Shown piece by piece: positions 44,441 to 54,599 of a stretch of DNA of 64,000 nucleotides. The stretch comes from a bacterium (lineage in GTDB: Bacteria > Vulcanimicrobiota > Xenobia > Xenobiales > JADMJV01), in assembly GCA_018780265.1 (NCBI GenBank), contig JADMJV010000096.1:22856-86855 (forward strand). The letters are read 5' to 3'. The notes beneath the pieces are model-generated. The model did not search any database and was not told the DNA's origin. It saw only the letters and a list, made by a program, of their open reading frames with translations. Position 1 is the stretch's first letter; each line of letters starts with the position of its first letter. Position numbers and translations under genes: made by a program.

Positions 44441-45094
44441 GTGAGAATGGTATTGATAGGCCCCCCCGGGGCCGGCAAAGGGACCCAGGCATCTATCCTG
44501 GCCGCCCACTATCACATTCCCCATATTTCTACCGGCGACATGCTGCGCCAGGAAGTCAAACTGTCCACCACCATCGGCCGGCAGATCAAAGACTGCCTGG
44601 CGGCCGGCAATCTTGTCTCCGACTCCATGATTTTGGGACTGGTCGAGATGCGCCTGCAACAGATGGACTGTCGCCAGGGTTTTATCCTGGACGGATTTCC
44701 CCGCTCCCAGGTTCAGGCCGAGGCCACCCACGCCTTGCTGGAAAGACTGGCAAAGCCACTCACCGCGGTGGTCCAGCTGATCATGCCCGACGAGGAGATC
44801 GTGACCCGGCTCAGTTTTCGGCGAGTCTGCTCGGAATGCACCCGCACCTATCACCTGCTCTACAACGCCCCCAAGACCGAGGACTGTTGCGATGTGGATG
44901 GGGCGCCCTTGATCCAGCGAGCCGACGACACCGAGAACTCCATCCGCAACCGACTGACGGTCTATCACCGCCAAACCGAACCGGTGGTGGAATACTATCG
45001 GCGCACCCCGCTGCTCAAAGAGATCAGCGCCGAGGGTGAAGTCAACTCTATCACCCAGGCCATACTTTCGGCCCTGGCAAAGGTGGCCGCATGA
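44441..45094 (+). CDS. adk: Adenylate kinase (Zn-LID type)
   Basis: GPPGAGKGTQ, HISTGD, LDGFPR, CxxC LID. Confidence 0.97.
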   Translation: MRMVLIGPPGAGKGTQASILAAHYHIPHISTGDMLRQEVKLSTTIGRQIKDCLAAGNLVSDSMILGLVEMRLQQMDCRQGFILDGFPRSQVQAEATHALLERLAKPLTAVVQLIMPDEEIVTRLSFRRVCSECTRTYHLLYNAPKTEDCCDVDGAPLIQRADDTENSIRNRLTVYHRQTEPVVEYYRRTPLLKEISAEGEVNSITQAILSALAKVAA

Positions 45095-45858
45095 GCAAAA
45101 GCAAGACCGGAATCATCCTGAAAACGGCCAACGAGATCGAAATCATTCGCGAGGCCGGCAGGATGCTCAAAGAATGCCTCCAGTTGGTGCGAGAAGCCAC
45201 CGCCGAGCGCGTGCGCACCAAAGACCTGGACCAACTGGCCTACGACTACATCGTCTCCAAAGGGGGCCGTCCGGCCTTCAAGGGCTATCGCGGTTTCCCG
45301 GCCACCCTGTGCGTCTCGGTCAACGAAGAGGTGGTCCACGGCATCCCCAACAATCGCCGCCTCAAGTCGGGCGACATTGTCAGCGTGGACTGCGGCTTTG
45401 TGTGGCAGGGTCTGATCGCCGACTCGGCCACCACCATCGCCGTGGGCAGCATTGAGCCCAATATCGAGAAGTTGCTCAAAGTCACCGAGGAGTCGCTCTA
45501 TCTGGGTATCGGGCAGGCTCGCGCCGGAAACTACGTCCAGGACATTTCGCGAGCCGTGCAAGAGCACGTGGAAAGTCACGGATTCTCCATCGTGCGCGAC
45601 CTGGTGGGGCACGGCGTGGGCAAGGAACTGCACGAAGAACCGCAGGTCCCCAACTACGTATCCAAGGATCGGGGAGCCAAACTGGAGACGGGCATGGTGA
45701 TCGCCATCGAGCCCATGGTCAACACCGGAACTTACGAAGTTCATCAGAAAAGAGACGGCTGGACCATCGTCACCAAAGACAAAGGTTACTCGGCTCACTA
45801 CGAACATACGGTGGCGATCACAAATAACGGTCCCATGATCTTGACGAACGGAGAATAA
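45091..45858 (+). CDS. map: Methionine aminopeptidase type I
   Basis: SVNEEVVHGIP, GHGVG..LHE, AIEPM, SAHYEHT. Confidence 0.97.
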   Translation: MSKSKTGIILKTANEIEIIREAGRMLKECLQLVREATAERVRTKDLDQLAYDYIVSKGGRPAFKGYRGFPATLCVSVNEEVVHGIPNNRRLKSGDIVSVDCGFVWQGLIADSATTIAVGSIEPNIEKLLKVTEESLYLGIGQARAGNYVQDISRAVQEHVESHGFSIVRDLVGHGVGKELHEEPQVPNYVSKDRGAKLETGMVIAIEPMVNTGTYEVHQKRDGWTIVTKDKGYSAHYEHTVAITNNGPMILTNGE

Positions 45859-45933
45859 TTCCTTAATATACCGAAGCGCTTTAGGCGGGCTACCGCTTTG
45901 GCGCCGATCTGCGAAGGAATCGCTGAATCGAAC

Positions 45934-46149
45934 GTGACCCAGAATCAACCCAGGTCCGCCCTAGCCACGGTAGTAGAAATACTGCCCAACGCTTTGGTGC
46001 GACTGAAGACCGAGTACGGCGCGGAAGTTCTGGCTCATTTTTCAGCCGAGGCACGCAGTGAGCTGGTGCGGTTACTCCCCGGAGATCGGGTGAGGATCGA
46101 ACTTTCACCGTATCACAAAGGTCGTGGACGTATCGTTGGCAAGGCGTAA
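45934..46149 (+). CDS. infA: Translation initiation factor IF-1, divergent
   Basis: VVEILPN, VLAH, LLPGDRVRIELSPY, GRI motifs; canonical position between map and rpmJ. Confidence 0.8.
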   Translation: MTQNQPRSALATVVEILPNALVRLKTEYGAEVLAHFSAEARSELVRLLPGDRVRIELSPYHKGRGRIVGKA

Positions 46150-46187
46150 TGCTCACCTGTCAGCGTAGTTGAGGAGCTAGAAACATA

Positions 46188-46301
46188 ATGAAAGTTAAGC
46201 CTTCTGTGAAAAAGCGCTGTGAAAAGTGCCAGATCATCGTACGCAAAGGTCGAGTCCGCGTCATTTGCGTGGTAGCAAAACACAAGCAGATTCAAGGCTA
46301 A
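46188..46301 (+). CDS. rpmJ: 50S ribosomal protein L36 (Zn-binding type; not in ORF track)
   Basis: Manual translation [37 protein letters not shown]; GAGGAG SD. Confidence 0.97.
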   Translation: MKVKPSVKKRCEKCQIIVRKGRVRVICVVAKHKQIQG

Positions 46302-46314
46302 GAGGAGAAACAAC

Positions 46315-46686
46315 GTGGCCCGTATTTCTGGAGTGGACCTGCCCCGAGACAAGCGGATCGAAATCGGTCTGACTTATATCTTTGGCATTGGTCGAACCAC
46401 CTCAAAGAAAATCCTTGACTCCACTGGAGTCAATGCCTCTACGCGCGTGCGCGCCCTGACGGAAGAAGAGGTCGGTAAACTCCGTGAGTACATCGACAAG
46501 CACGTCAAGGTCGAAGGCGACCTGCGCCGCGACATCACTCAAAACATCAAGCGACTGATCGAGATCAACTGCTATCGTGGCATCCGCCACCGTCGCAGCC
46601 TGCCGGTCCGCGGTCAGCGCACCAAGACCAACGCTCGCACCCGCAAAGGTCCGAAACGTACCGTTGGACGCAAGAAGAGTAAGTAA
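46315..46686 (+). CDS. rpsM: 30S ribosomal protein S13
   Basis: [25 protein letters not shown]. Confidence 0.99.
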   Translation: MARISGVDLPRDKRIEIGLTYIFGIGRTTSKKILDSTGVNASTRVRALTEEEVGKLREYIDKHVKVEGDLRRDITQNIKRLIEINCYRGIRHRRSLPVRGQRTKTNARTRKGPKRTVGRKKSK

Positions 46687-46714
46687 TTAGGGTAAGCGAG
46701 CAAGGAGAGCTGAA

Positions 46715-47110
46715 ATGGCTAAATCAAAAAAGCAAGTCCGTGGACGCAAGAAAGTCCTCAAGAACACCCCACGTGGTATCGCTCATATTCAGTCGTCGTT
46801 TAACAACACGATTGTCACCATCAGCGATCCGCAGGGTAACGCCATCTCTTGGGCCTCGGCCGGTGGCCAGGGTTTCAAGGGTTCGCGCAAGAGCACCCCA
46901 TTCGCCGCTGGTGTGGCTGCCGAGCAGGCCGCTAAACTGGCCGCAGAGCACGGTGTGCGCTTCCTCGAGGTTTTCGTCAAGGGTCCCGGCTCCGGTCGTG
47001 AGGCCGCCATTCGCAGCCTTCAGGCCGCCGGTATGGAGATCAGCCTTATCCGCGACGTAACCCCTATCCCCCACAACGGCTGCCGCCCTCCCAAGCGTCG
47101 CCGCGTCTAG
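46715..47110 (+). CDS. rpsK: 30S ribosomal protein S11
   Basis: [28 protein letters not shown]. Confidence 0.99.
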   Translation: MAKSKKQVRGRKKVLKNTPRGIAHIQSSFNNTIVTISDPQGNAISWASAGGQGFKGSRKSTPFAAGVAAEQAAKLAAEHGVRFLEVFVKGPGSGREAAIRSLQAAGMEISLIRDVTPIPHNGCRPPKRRRV

Positions 47111-47145
47111 TTTTCCATAGAAGAATCGATTAGGAGGTCACCGCG

Positions 47146-47775
47146 GTGGCTCGTTATACTGGACCGGTATGTAGATTGTGCCGGCGTGAAGCTGTCAAAT
47201 TATTCCTCAAAGGTGAGCGTTGCTTGACCAACAAGTGCGCCATCGAGCGTCGCAACTACCCGCCGGGACAACACGGACCGGGTAAGCAGCGCAAACTGTC
47301 CCAATACGGCATCCAACTGCGCGAAAAGCAGAAGATGCGCAAGATCTATGGTGTGAGCGAGAAGCAATTCCGCAGCTACTTCACCAAGGCCGACCGCGCC
47401 CAGGGCGTGACCGGCGATCTGTTCTTGCGCCTGCTCGAGCGTCGCCTGGACAACGTGGTGCATCGCCTCGGCTTTGCTGCCTCGCGCTCGGCTGCTCGCC
47501 AGCTGGTGGCTCACGGCAACATCTTCGTGGACGGCAAGAAGCTCGACATCCCCTCGTTCCTGGTCAAGCCAGGCATGACGGTGTCGGTCACCGAGCGCCA
47601 CGTGGCCAATCCCTTTATTGTGGAGAACCTGGAACGGACCCGCATGCGGAGCGTGCCGGGCTGGCTGGAGTTGAGCCCCGAAAAACCCGAAGGAAAAGTT
47701 GTTTCGCTTCCGTCTCGTGCGGAAATAGACACTCAAGTTACCGAGCAACTGATCGTCGAGTTCTACTCCAAGTAA
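47146..47775 (+). CDS. rpsD: 30S ribosomal protein S4 (Zn-binding type)
   Basis: CRLCRRE, LERRLDNVV, IVEFYSK. Confidence 0.99.
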   Translation: MARYTGPVCRLCRREAVKLFLKGERCLTNKCAIERRNYPPGQHGPGKQRKLSQYGIQLREKQKMRKIYGVSEKQFRSYFTKADRAQGVTGDLFLRLLERRLDNVVHRLGFAASRSAARQLVAHGNIFVDGKKLDIPSFLVKPGMTVSVTERHVANPFIVENLERTRMRSVPGWLELSPEKPEGKVVSLPSRAEIDTQVTEQLIVEFYSK

Positions 47776-47863
47776 TCTTGACATCGAATTCGGTCTGAGG
47801 CGAGGACCCCTGCGGGGGTCCATCGCACCTTAGTAGAGGCCGTAACCATAAGGAGTTTCATCT

Positions 47864-48817
47864 ATGTTGGATGCCTTGCTGCAATCCGCCCAACCCTACG
47901 AAGAGAGTGCTGATCCTCGGGTCACTTCGATCAGCGACACCAAATTCTCGATCGAGCCCCTCGAGCGAGGCTTCGGGATCACCATCGGAAATGCGTTGCG
48001 TCGCATTCTGCTGTCGGCCCTGACCGGCGCCGCCACTACGCATGTACGTATCGACGGAGTGCTGCACGAGTTCTCCACCCTGACCGGGGTTCAAGAAGAC
48101 ACCACCGAGATGATTCTCAATTTGAAGAAGCTCAATTTGCGCCTCTTCACCGAGAAGCGCAAGTTGCTGCGTCTTGAGGCTCAAGGTCCGGGCGTGGTCA
48201 CCGCCGCCGACATCCAGTTGGACCCTGAGGTCGAGGTTCTCAACCCCGACCTGGTCATCGCTCACCTCGAAAAGGGTGCGCGTCTGGGTATGGACCTGTA
48301 TATCGCCAAAGGCCAGGGCTACGTTCCGGCCGAGAAGCAGACCAACCAGGAGCAGGTCATCGGCATCATCCCCATCGACTCCATCTTCAGCCCCGTGCTC
48401 AAGGTGAACTACGTGGTCGAAGACACCCGCGTGGGCCAGCGCACCGACTTTGACCGCCTGGTGATGGACGTCCACACCGATGGCAGCCTCAAGCCCTACG
48501 AAGCGATTTCGCAGGCGGCCGCCATTATGCAGCGCAAGCTGAGCCTGTTTAGCAATATGGAGCCGGTCACTCGGCCGGAGATCCCCATCGGGGGTCCCGA
48601 GTCCGAAGTGCTCGATACCCCCATTGAGGATCTGCAACTCTCGGTTCGTTCGCTGAACTGCCTGAAGCGTGCGGGTATCCGCACCTTGGGCGAGTTGCTC
48701 ACCTACTCTGAAGACGACATTATGAAGCTGAAGAACTTCGGCCAGAAGTCTCTCGATGAGATCAAAGACAAACTGACGGAGCGCGGGTTGTCGTTGCAAC
48801 CCAGCACTCCGGACTAA
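47864..48817 (+). CDS. rpoA: DNA-directed RNA polymerase alpha subunit
   Basis: EPLERGFGITIGNALRRILLS, LSVRSLNCLKRAGI. Confidence 0.99.
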   Translation: MLDALLQSAQPYEESADPRVTSISDTKFSIEPLERGFGITIGNALRRILLSALTGAATTHVRIDGVLHEFSTLTGVQEDTTEMILNLKKLNLRLFTEKRKLLRLEAQGPGVVTAADIQLDPEVEVLNPDLVIAHLEKGARLGMDLYIAKGQGYVPAEKQTNQEQVIGIIPIDSIFSPVLKVNYVVEDTRVGQRTDFDRLVMDVHTDGSLKPYEAISQAAAIMQRKLSLFSNMEPVTRPEIPIGGPESEVLDTPIEDLQLSVRSLNCLKRAGIRTLGELLTYSEDDIMKLKNFGQKSLDEIKDKLTERGLSLQPSTPD

Positions 48818-48844
48818 CCTGGGCGAAGGACTTTTGGAGAAACG

Positions 48845-49279
48845 ATGAGACACCGCGTTCGATCCCGTAGATTGGGCCGTCAAACTGCCCACCGTATCAG
48901 CATGCTGCGCAACCTGGCCAAGTCACTCTTGACCCACCAGCGCATCACCACCACCGAAGTTCGGGGCAAAGAGCTTTCGCGCTTTGTGGAGAACTTGATC
49001 ACGTGGGCCCGCAAGGCTCACGAGGCCACCGATCCCGGCGTAAAGTTGGCTGCCAAGCGGCAGGTGTTCCGCGACATCGCGGGCGCCCCGCGAACCCACG
49101 CTCAGGGTCGACCGGCACGCCCGGATCGTGACGCCGCTCAAGGTTTGTTCGACCAGATCGCCACGCGGTACTCCAAGGGAGGCGACTCGGAGCGAAATGG
49201 CGGTTATACCCGCATGGTCAAGCTCTATCCTCGCAAGGGCGACGGGGCTCCTATGGTGCTGATCGAGTTGATGTCGTAG
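48845..49279 (+). CDS. rplQ: 50S ribosomal protein L17 (with internal insertion)
   Basis: MRHR...LGR, RNGGYTR, RKGDGAPM. Confidence 0.96.
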   Translation: MRHRVRSRRLGRQTAHRISMLRNLAKSLLTHQRITTTEVRGKELSRFVENLITWARKAHEATDPGVKLAAKRQVFRDIAGAPRTHAQGRPARPDRDAAQGLFDQIATRYSKGGDSERNGGYTRMVKLYPRKGDGAPMVLIELMS

Positions 49280-49300
49280 GACACCCCGACTCAGAAAGCA

Positions 49301-49328
49301 AGAAACCACCTCCGGGTGGTTTTTTTCT
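49301..49328 (+). terminator. Terminator after rplQ
   Basis: AGAAACCACC-TCCG-GGTGGTTTTTTTCT. Confidence 0.8.
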
Positions 49329-50915
49329 ATGTTAGAGGCAAACAATCTCAGCTACCCCCCGGTGCTCCGCGGGCTCAATCTGTCGCTGGCGCCCGGAGAA
49401 ATGGTGGCTCTGGTGGGCGGCAATGGCAGCGGCAAAAGCACCCTCTTGCGACTGCTCAGCGGCCTGTTGGCACCCGAGTCGGGCCAGATCTGTCTGGACG
49501 GATGCTCGTCTGACTCCCCCAACTTTCTGGCCGCCTGCCGCCGACATCTGGGTCTGGTCTTTCAAAATCCCGAAAGCCAGTTGGTGGCCAACACGGTCGA
49601 CGAAGAGGTGGCCTTTGGACCCGGCCAACTGGGCCTACCCCACTCCGAACTCTGCCAACGGGTGGAATGGGCTCTGACCCAGGTAGGACTGTGGGAGCGC
49701 CGCAGTTGGCAATCGCATTCCCTGTCGGCGGGACAAAAGCAACGCCTGGCACTGGCCGCCGTGCTGGCCGGTCGCCCCCGCTACCTCCTCCTGGATGAGC
49801 CCACCAGCATGCTCGACCCCCTGGCCCGCAAAGACCTCCTGGCACTACTCCGTCAACTGCGCGATCAGGTGGGCATTCTGCTGATCACCCATCGCAGCGA
49901 AGAGTTGGAAGGTTGCGATCGGGTGCTCCACTTAAACGAAGGCCACATCGCCACGGAACTAAGCGGCGCCCAACTTTGGGCCGAACCCGACCGATTTGGC
50001 ACACTCGCCATGGCCGTGCCTGGATCCCTGCGACTGCAGACTGCTCTGGCCCGGGCCCAACCCGGCCGCCCCTTTGACTACCTACCCACGGCTACCGCCG
50101 CAGCCCCCTCCAACTTTGCCCGCTGCGATCAGTTGGCCCACACCTACTGCGCGGGAACCCCTTTGAGCCACCCCGCCCTGTGCGGAGTGGATTGCACCCT
50201 CCCAGACGGCTGCACCACCGCCCTGATTGGACGCTCGGGAAGTGGCAAATCCACTCTTCTGCAACACCTCAACTTGCTGCTCCGACCCCAGCAAGGGCGC
50301 CTGCAACTGTTTGGCGACTGGATCAGCCCGGCTACCCCCGCCCGGCCCTTGCGCCAGCGGGTCGGCATGCTCTTTCAGCAGCCCGAGTCCCAATTCTTCC
50401 AGGAGACCGTCTGGGAAGAGGCGGCCTATGCCCCCACCAATTTCGGCCTGGAGACCGAGCCCCTGACTCGCGACGCTCTGCACCGGGTAGGACTTCCGGT
50501 GGAAGCTTTTGGCGCGCGCAACCCTTTCGAACTGTCGGGAGGTGAGCAGCGCCGCCTGGCCCTGGCTTCGGTGCTTTCTTACCGCCCTCAGACTCTGGTG
50601 CTGGACGAACCCACCGCCGGCCTCGACCAGCACCACCGCCAACTCGTCTGGAAACTCTTGCGCGAATTACAGCAGGGGGGCACCACCCTGGTGATCATCT
50701 CCCACGACCTGGAAGAGGTGGGTGAACTGGCTCAACACGCCGTCTGGCTGCATCAGGGCAAAGTCAACGCCCAGGCCCCCCCCGAGTCCGTCTTTCCCCT
50801 GCTGGCCGCCGCCGGCACCGAGATCCCCGCCTGGAGCCAGTGGGCCCACCAGCACTTTCCAGACCATCCCGTACCGGTCCGAGAATCCCAGTTTGTGGAG
50901 TGGTCCCGCCCCTGA
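49329..50915 (+). CDS. Fused dual ECF-transporter ATPase (EcfA1-EcfA2)
   Basis: Two ABC domains (GGNGSGKST/LSAGQKQR/LDEPT; GRSGSGKST/LSGGEQRR/LDEPT) with the ECF-type FQNPESQ motif; usual post-rplQ position. Confidence 0.9.
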   Translation: MLEANNLSYPPVLRGLNLSLAPGEMVALVGGNGSGKSTLLRLLSGLLAPESGQICLDGCSSDSPNFLAACRRHLGLVFQNPESQLVANTVDEEVAFGPGQLGLPHSELCQRVEWALTQVGLWERRSWQSHSLSAGQKQRLALAAVLAGRPRYLLLDEPTSMLDPLARKDLLALLRQLRDQVGILLITHRSEELEGCDRVLHLNEGHIATELSGAQLWAEPDRFGTLAMAVPGSLRLQTALARAQPGRPFDYLPTATAAAPSNFARCDQLAHTYCAGTPLSHPALCGVDCTLPDGCTTALIGRSGSGKSTLLQHLNLLLRPQQGRLQLFGDWISPATPARPLRQRVGMLFQQPESQFFQETVWEEAAYAPTNFGLETEPLTRDALHRVGLPVEAFGARNPFELSGGEQRRLALASVLSYRPQTLVLDEPTAGLDQHHRQLVWKLLRELQQGGTTLVIISHDLEEVGELAQHAVWLHQGKVNAQAPPESVFPLLAAAGTEIPAWSQWAHQHFPDHPVPVRESQFVEWSRP

Positions 50916-51129
50916 TCGGAAACTTCTAACCAGACCGGTCGCTTCCACCCCGCCCCCTTGCTGCTCGACCCCGCCTAACTCGCACACTTTAACCCGTAGG
51001 GCTACGAGCCTGGCCTTTGAATCGCGACGGTCGATGGCGCCCGGCCGAGTGCAATCAGTATCGGCGCTAGCGCTGGACAGAGCGAAGCGTCTTTCCCGCG
51101 ACAGGCCCCAGATCCCAGTGCGAGGGGGG

Positions 51130-51579
51130 CTACCAGGCCGCCATGCGGACGGGCTCATCCTGAAAGGTAATGGTTCCTGTTTTGTCGTTGAAGAAAGCGG
51201 TCTGGGTGCCGCCAGGAGCGTCAATTTTATACTCATGGCCAACCGCGATGGTGTTGCCTTTTTCGTCAAGAAGTGACTTGGGTCCATGGGAGAAAGTGGC
51301 TGTATCGTTGAACTGAAGGACCTGGACTTCGGCTGATGTCTGGCCTGATTCGCTCTCGTTGACTGTGCCCCGAATAGCAAAATCAGCCAATTCGCTGTGG
51401 CCGTCCACAGAGACACCGTACCAACGCTCTGTGCTTACGACCTTGTCTCTCGGATCGGTGTCGACGGAATCCTTGTAGTCAAGCTGCAGCAGTCTGTTGG
51501 CCATGTTCTGAACATTGTCTCGGACGCGGAATGCCTTCTCATGGTTGGCGGTATAAGTGTGAGTCGGCAAGGTGATCAT
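51130..51579 (-). CDS. Hypothetical protein
   Basis: Natural-looking 149 aa ORF; TAGAAT 6 nt before ATG. Confidence 0.6.
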   Translation of the reverse strand: MITLPTHTYTANHEKAFRVRDNVQNMANRLLQLDYKDSVDTDPRDKVVSTERWYGVSVDGHSELADFAIRGTVNESESGQTSAEVQVLQFNDTATFSHGPKSLLDEKGNTIAVGHEYKIDAPGGTQTAFFNDKTGTITFQDEPVRMAAW

Positions 51580-51848
51580 AGATTTATTCTAGAGCCCACC
51601 CCTTACACAATCCTGAAGAGGGCCACTGACAGAAATCGGATAGACCCAAGAAGATGGGGCCGCAAAAGCGGCTTCAGTTGGACTGCATCGTCAGATCGGG
51701 CGGGGCCAATCAGATTGCTCTTTCTCAACGGCCTGACTGTCGTCTGTCGTCACGGTGGAGTTGAAGAACGCATTCACAAGACGCTGATTTGGCCCAAGCC
51801 AGCCCGCCGGAAGTAGGCACTTTGCCTCGATTGTCGTAGTCTATGACG

Positions 51849-52067
51849 ATGAAAATAGGATTGGTGCTGTTGATGCTGACTTTGAGCCTGTCGTCATCAG
51901 GGTGCGGGCAGTCCCCCCTGAACTACGTCGCTAGCCGAAGAAGCAATCTGTTCCACAGGCCCGACTGCGTCGAGGCGGCCGACATCAAACCGAAAAACCG
52001 GATCCACTATGCTCGCCGCGAGGAAGCCGCTTCCGACCACCGTCCCTGCGACATCTGCAAGCCCTGA
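51849..52067 (+). CDS. Small lipoprotein with Ada-type metal-binding domain
   Basis: Hydrophobic signal + SSGC lipobox; FHRPDC...RPCDICKP. Confidence 0.72.
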   Translation: MKIGLVLLMLTLSLSSSGCGQSPLNYVASRRSNLFHRPDCVEAADIKPKNRIHYARREEAASDHRPCDICKP

Positions 52068-52253
52068 ACCAAGTCCAGGGAAAGCAGTCCAGCCTGGCCT
52101 CCCAACCTGAGACGGCCGCCCCAAAGACGAATCTACACAAATTGGCCCGGTCCTCCCCAAGTCCCGCAAGGGGCGGTCAAAGTCTACGAACGGGTTGAAG
52201 ACCGCGCCAAATCCTACCCGAGGAAGCGGCTTCCCGGCGGCGAACCAGCGCCG

Positions 52254-52946
52254 ATGGATTCCGCCGCGACTGTAAAATGCCGAGAGTGTGGCTCTCACCT
52301 TGAGGGTCGGGTCAGCCCGAGTGGCCTGGTAACCTGCTCGTACTGCGGCACCGGCTATGACCTGCGCGCGCTGAACGGCAGGGGGCCGGCTCTCATCTCC
52401 AGGGCCGACTTCTCCGGTTCCTGCGTCACAGGATGGCGCCTGGGTAGCCCCATCGGGGGCAAGCCTGTCCCTGGCGCCTGGTCCATCACACAACCCAACG
52501 ACGGGCAAAATCACCCGCTCCTGGTTGCGCCGGGGGCCTACGACGATTTTGAGGTAGCGATCACGTTTCGCTTCGTCTCAGCCGGACCCGAGGACTTCGT
52601 CTTTTTTCGCTCCCGAGGTGGAGCGGAGGGGGCCATGACCTTGCATCTCTGGCGCCAAGGTTCGGTGGCTTTGCGCTGGCAAATGCCCGACCACCAGTGG
52701 CAGAACTACATCGTAACCACTCCGCCTGGCCCGCCCAAGGACACCACTGACTGGCGCCAGTTGCGCTGGATTGCGACCGGGCAGCGCCATCGGGCCTACC
52801 TGGACGGCACGCTGGTGATCAGTGCCGTTCACCCGTCTATCCTTCACTCCGGTCACCTGGATCTGCGTATTCAAGCCAAAAGCCCTTCTGTGACCATCGA
52901 AATTTCCGACCTCGCCCTCTTCGAGCCTCCAAGCACCTCGCAGTAG
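52254..52946 (+). CDS. Zn-ribbon + beta-sandwich (ConA/DUF1080-like) hypothetical protein
   Basis: CRECG...CSYCG; DDFEVAITFRF, W..L.....G......LDG pattern. Confidence 0.65.
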   Translation: MDSAATVKCRECGSHLEGRVSPSGLVTCSYCGTGYDLRALNGRGPALISRADFSGSCVTGWRLGSPIGGKPVPGAWSITQPNDGQNHPLLVAPGAYDDFEVAITFRFVSAGPEDFVFFRSRGGAEGAMTLHLWRQGSVALRWQMPDHQWQNYIVTTPPGPPKDTTDWRQLRWIATGQRHRAYLDGTLVISAVHPSILHSGHLDLRIQAKSPSVTIEISDLALFEPPSTSQ

Positions 52947-53469
52947 ACGCCCAAATGCCCGCGTCGGCGCATTGCCACAAGGAATCATTTGAGGGCTCAG
53001 TCTCCCCGCCCATCTGCTCGCCTCCGGTGTAACGCGAGACTCCATTCCAGGCGGGTCCAGGGCTTGTCCTGGCGCATGGGTACGATGCCGCTACAATGAA
53101 GGCCAACCTCACAACGTTTTACACTCGCTTTCGCCATTTTGCGTCCCTTTAGCCGTGGATACCTGCGGCGCCGTTTCTTTGGAATCTGGCATTGTGGACA
53201 GACATCGTTTAAAGCTCTCGAAGGCGGGGGGGGTCGGACCTTCCCACCCTGCCCACAGGCTTTGCGCCTGCGGCCCATGCATCGACCATGCTGTATCTCC
53301 CCAAAAGCGAGGTGGCCAGTCTGACTCCGGTCTATCCGTCGCGGTGGCGGGTGGCGACTTCCGCCGGTCGAGTGGGTCACGTTCCGCGGCTGGGGGAGAC
53401 TCGCTTTTGGGTGGCTTTGGGATCGAGTGGGGTGACTCCGCGCTGGTTGGTGCGTGAGGGGGAGTCCTG

Positions 53470-53536
53470 GCGGGCTTTTTGTACAGGTGTTTTTGCCTCT
53501 ATGTCAGTAAAAAACGCGCACATAGCCGATGAGCAT
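53470..53536 (-). pseudogene. Relic N-terminus of a serine recombinase/resolvase
   Basis: GAAAGGGA SD then MLIGYVRV; after a 1-nt shift F-T-D...VQK (cf. GYARVSTxxQ). Confidence 0.45.
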
Positions 53537-53921
53537 AGGATGTTCCCTTTCTCGAAACTCACTGTTGCGTGAGGCGGCTACCAGGCGTGCCGGCCGCAAG
53601 GTCGTGTAGGGCACCGGTGGGCTACATGTGAGGGCACCCGTGCTCTGCATCGATTGGTGGTCACGGTCACGGGATGAGGTTGATAGGCATCATTATTTTT
53701 GACCTGGCTTACTTCGGTGATTTAGGTCAGTGCTCAAGGCGGCGTTGAGGGGTAGTCTTGAAGGGTGACCCGACGATATGTGCAGATATTTGGTGGGCTG
53801 GTCGTTTTAGCAAGTGTTTGCTACGAGTATAGTCTTCCCAACCTGTCAGCCGGGGAACACGGGGCCAGTCTTTCTTTCGGCTAATTGTGCGGGGCTTTGT
53901 CCGCTCTGATGGCCTTCTTAA

Positions 53922-54481
53922 TTACGCCATAATACTCGCTGGAGCACTCCCCGTCCGGGTCAGGCACTGCTTGCCCAGGGCCGCTCCTCCGAGCACCCCG
54001 GCCGCGGGATTCAAGGGCTTGAGAGCCGCCGCGCTGGTGTTGGCCAGAGTCTGATTCTTGAGCAAGTTGCCGGCCTGGTTGGCAAAGTCAGCGCTGTGGC
54101 GCACCTGAGCGGCGGCCCAACTGGCGTCGTCAAAGGCTTTGGCCGCTCCCGGCTGGGGTTTACCTGGCTCTGCCGGATTGCTTTCAGAGGCCTTAGCTTG
54201 GGGAGCTTTGACGACCGGAGCGGCGGGTTGCGGAGTCACCCGAGGAGCGGGTTTGGCCGCGGCCTGGGGCGCGGGCGGCGCAGCCAGGGCCCAGGAGCCG
54301 AAGTTGGGCACAGTTCCGTTGGGCTTGCCCACCTCCTTGCTGGCGGTGAAGGTGTCTTTGGCCGACATCGCCCTGGAAGGTGAGGCCGAAGTGCTGGTCT
54401 ACTGGCTGAACGCGCGGGCGAGGACTTGCGGGTGGTGGTTTTGCTGCTGCCATGCGTACTCGAGCCGGATTTGACTTGCAT
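53922..54481 (-). pseudogene. Frameshifted Pro/Ala-rich hypothetical gene
   Basis: GAGGAG SD + MQVKSGSS... frame joins the TSTSASPSRAMSAKDTF... frame via an apparent 1-nt deletion near 54400. Confidence 0.55.
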
Positions 54482-54599
54482 CGGTTACTCCTCGCGCCGG
54501 ATGATAACTCGATTGTAACCGGTGGGTCAGGCCGGTGATTGCCAAAAGATGAACGGCCTGCGTCAAAGACTGCCGATCTGTAAACTTTGTTGCCGACTT

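Noticed and set aside
53918-53950. dif/Xer-like site (ATTACGCCATAATACTCG...)
   Set aside because: Only a XerC-like half is present; no XerD arm (TTATGTTAAAT).
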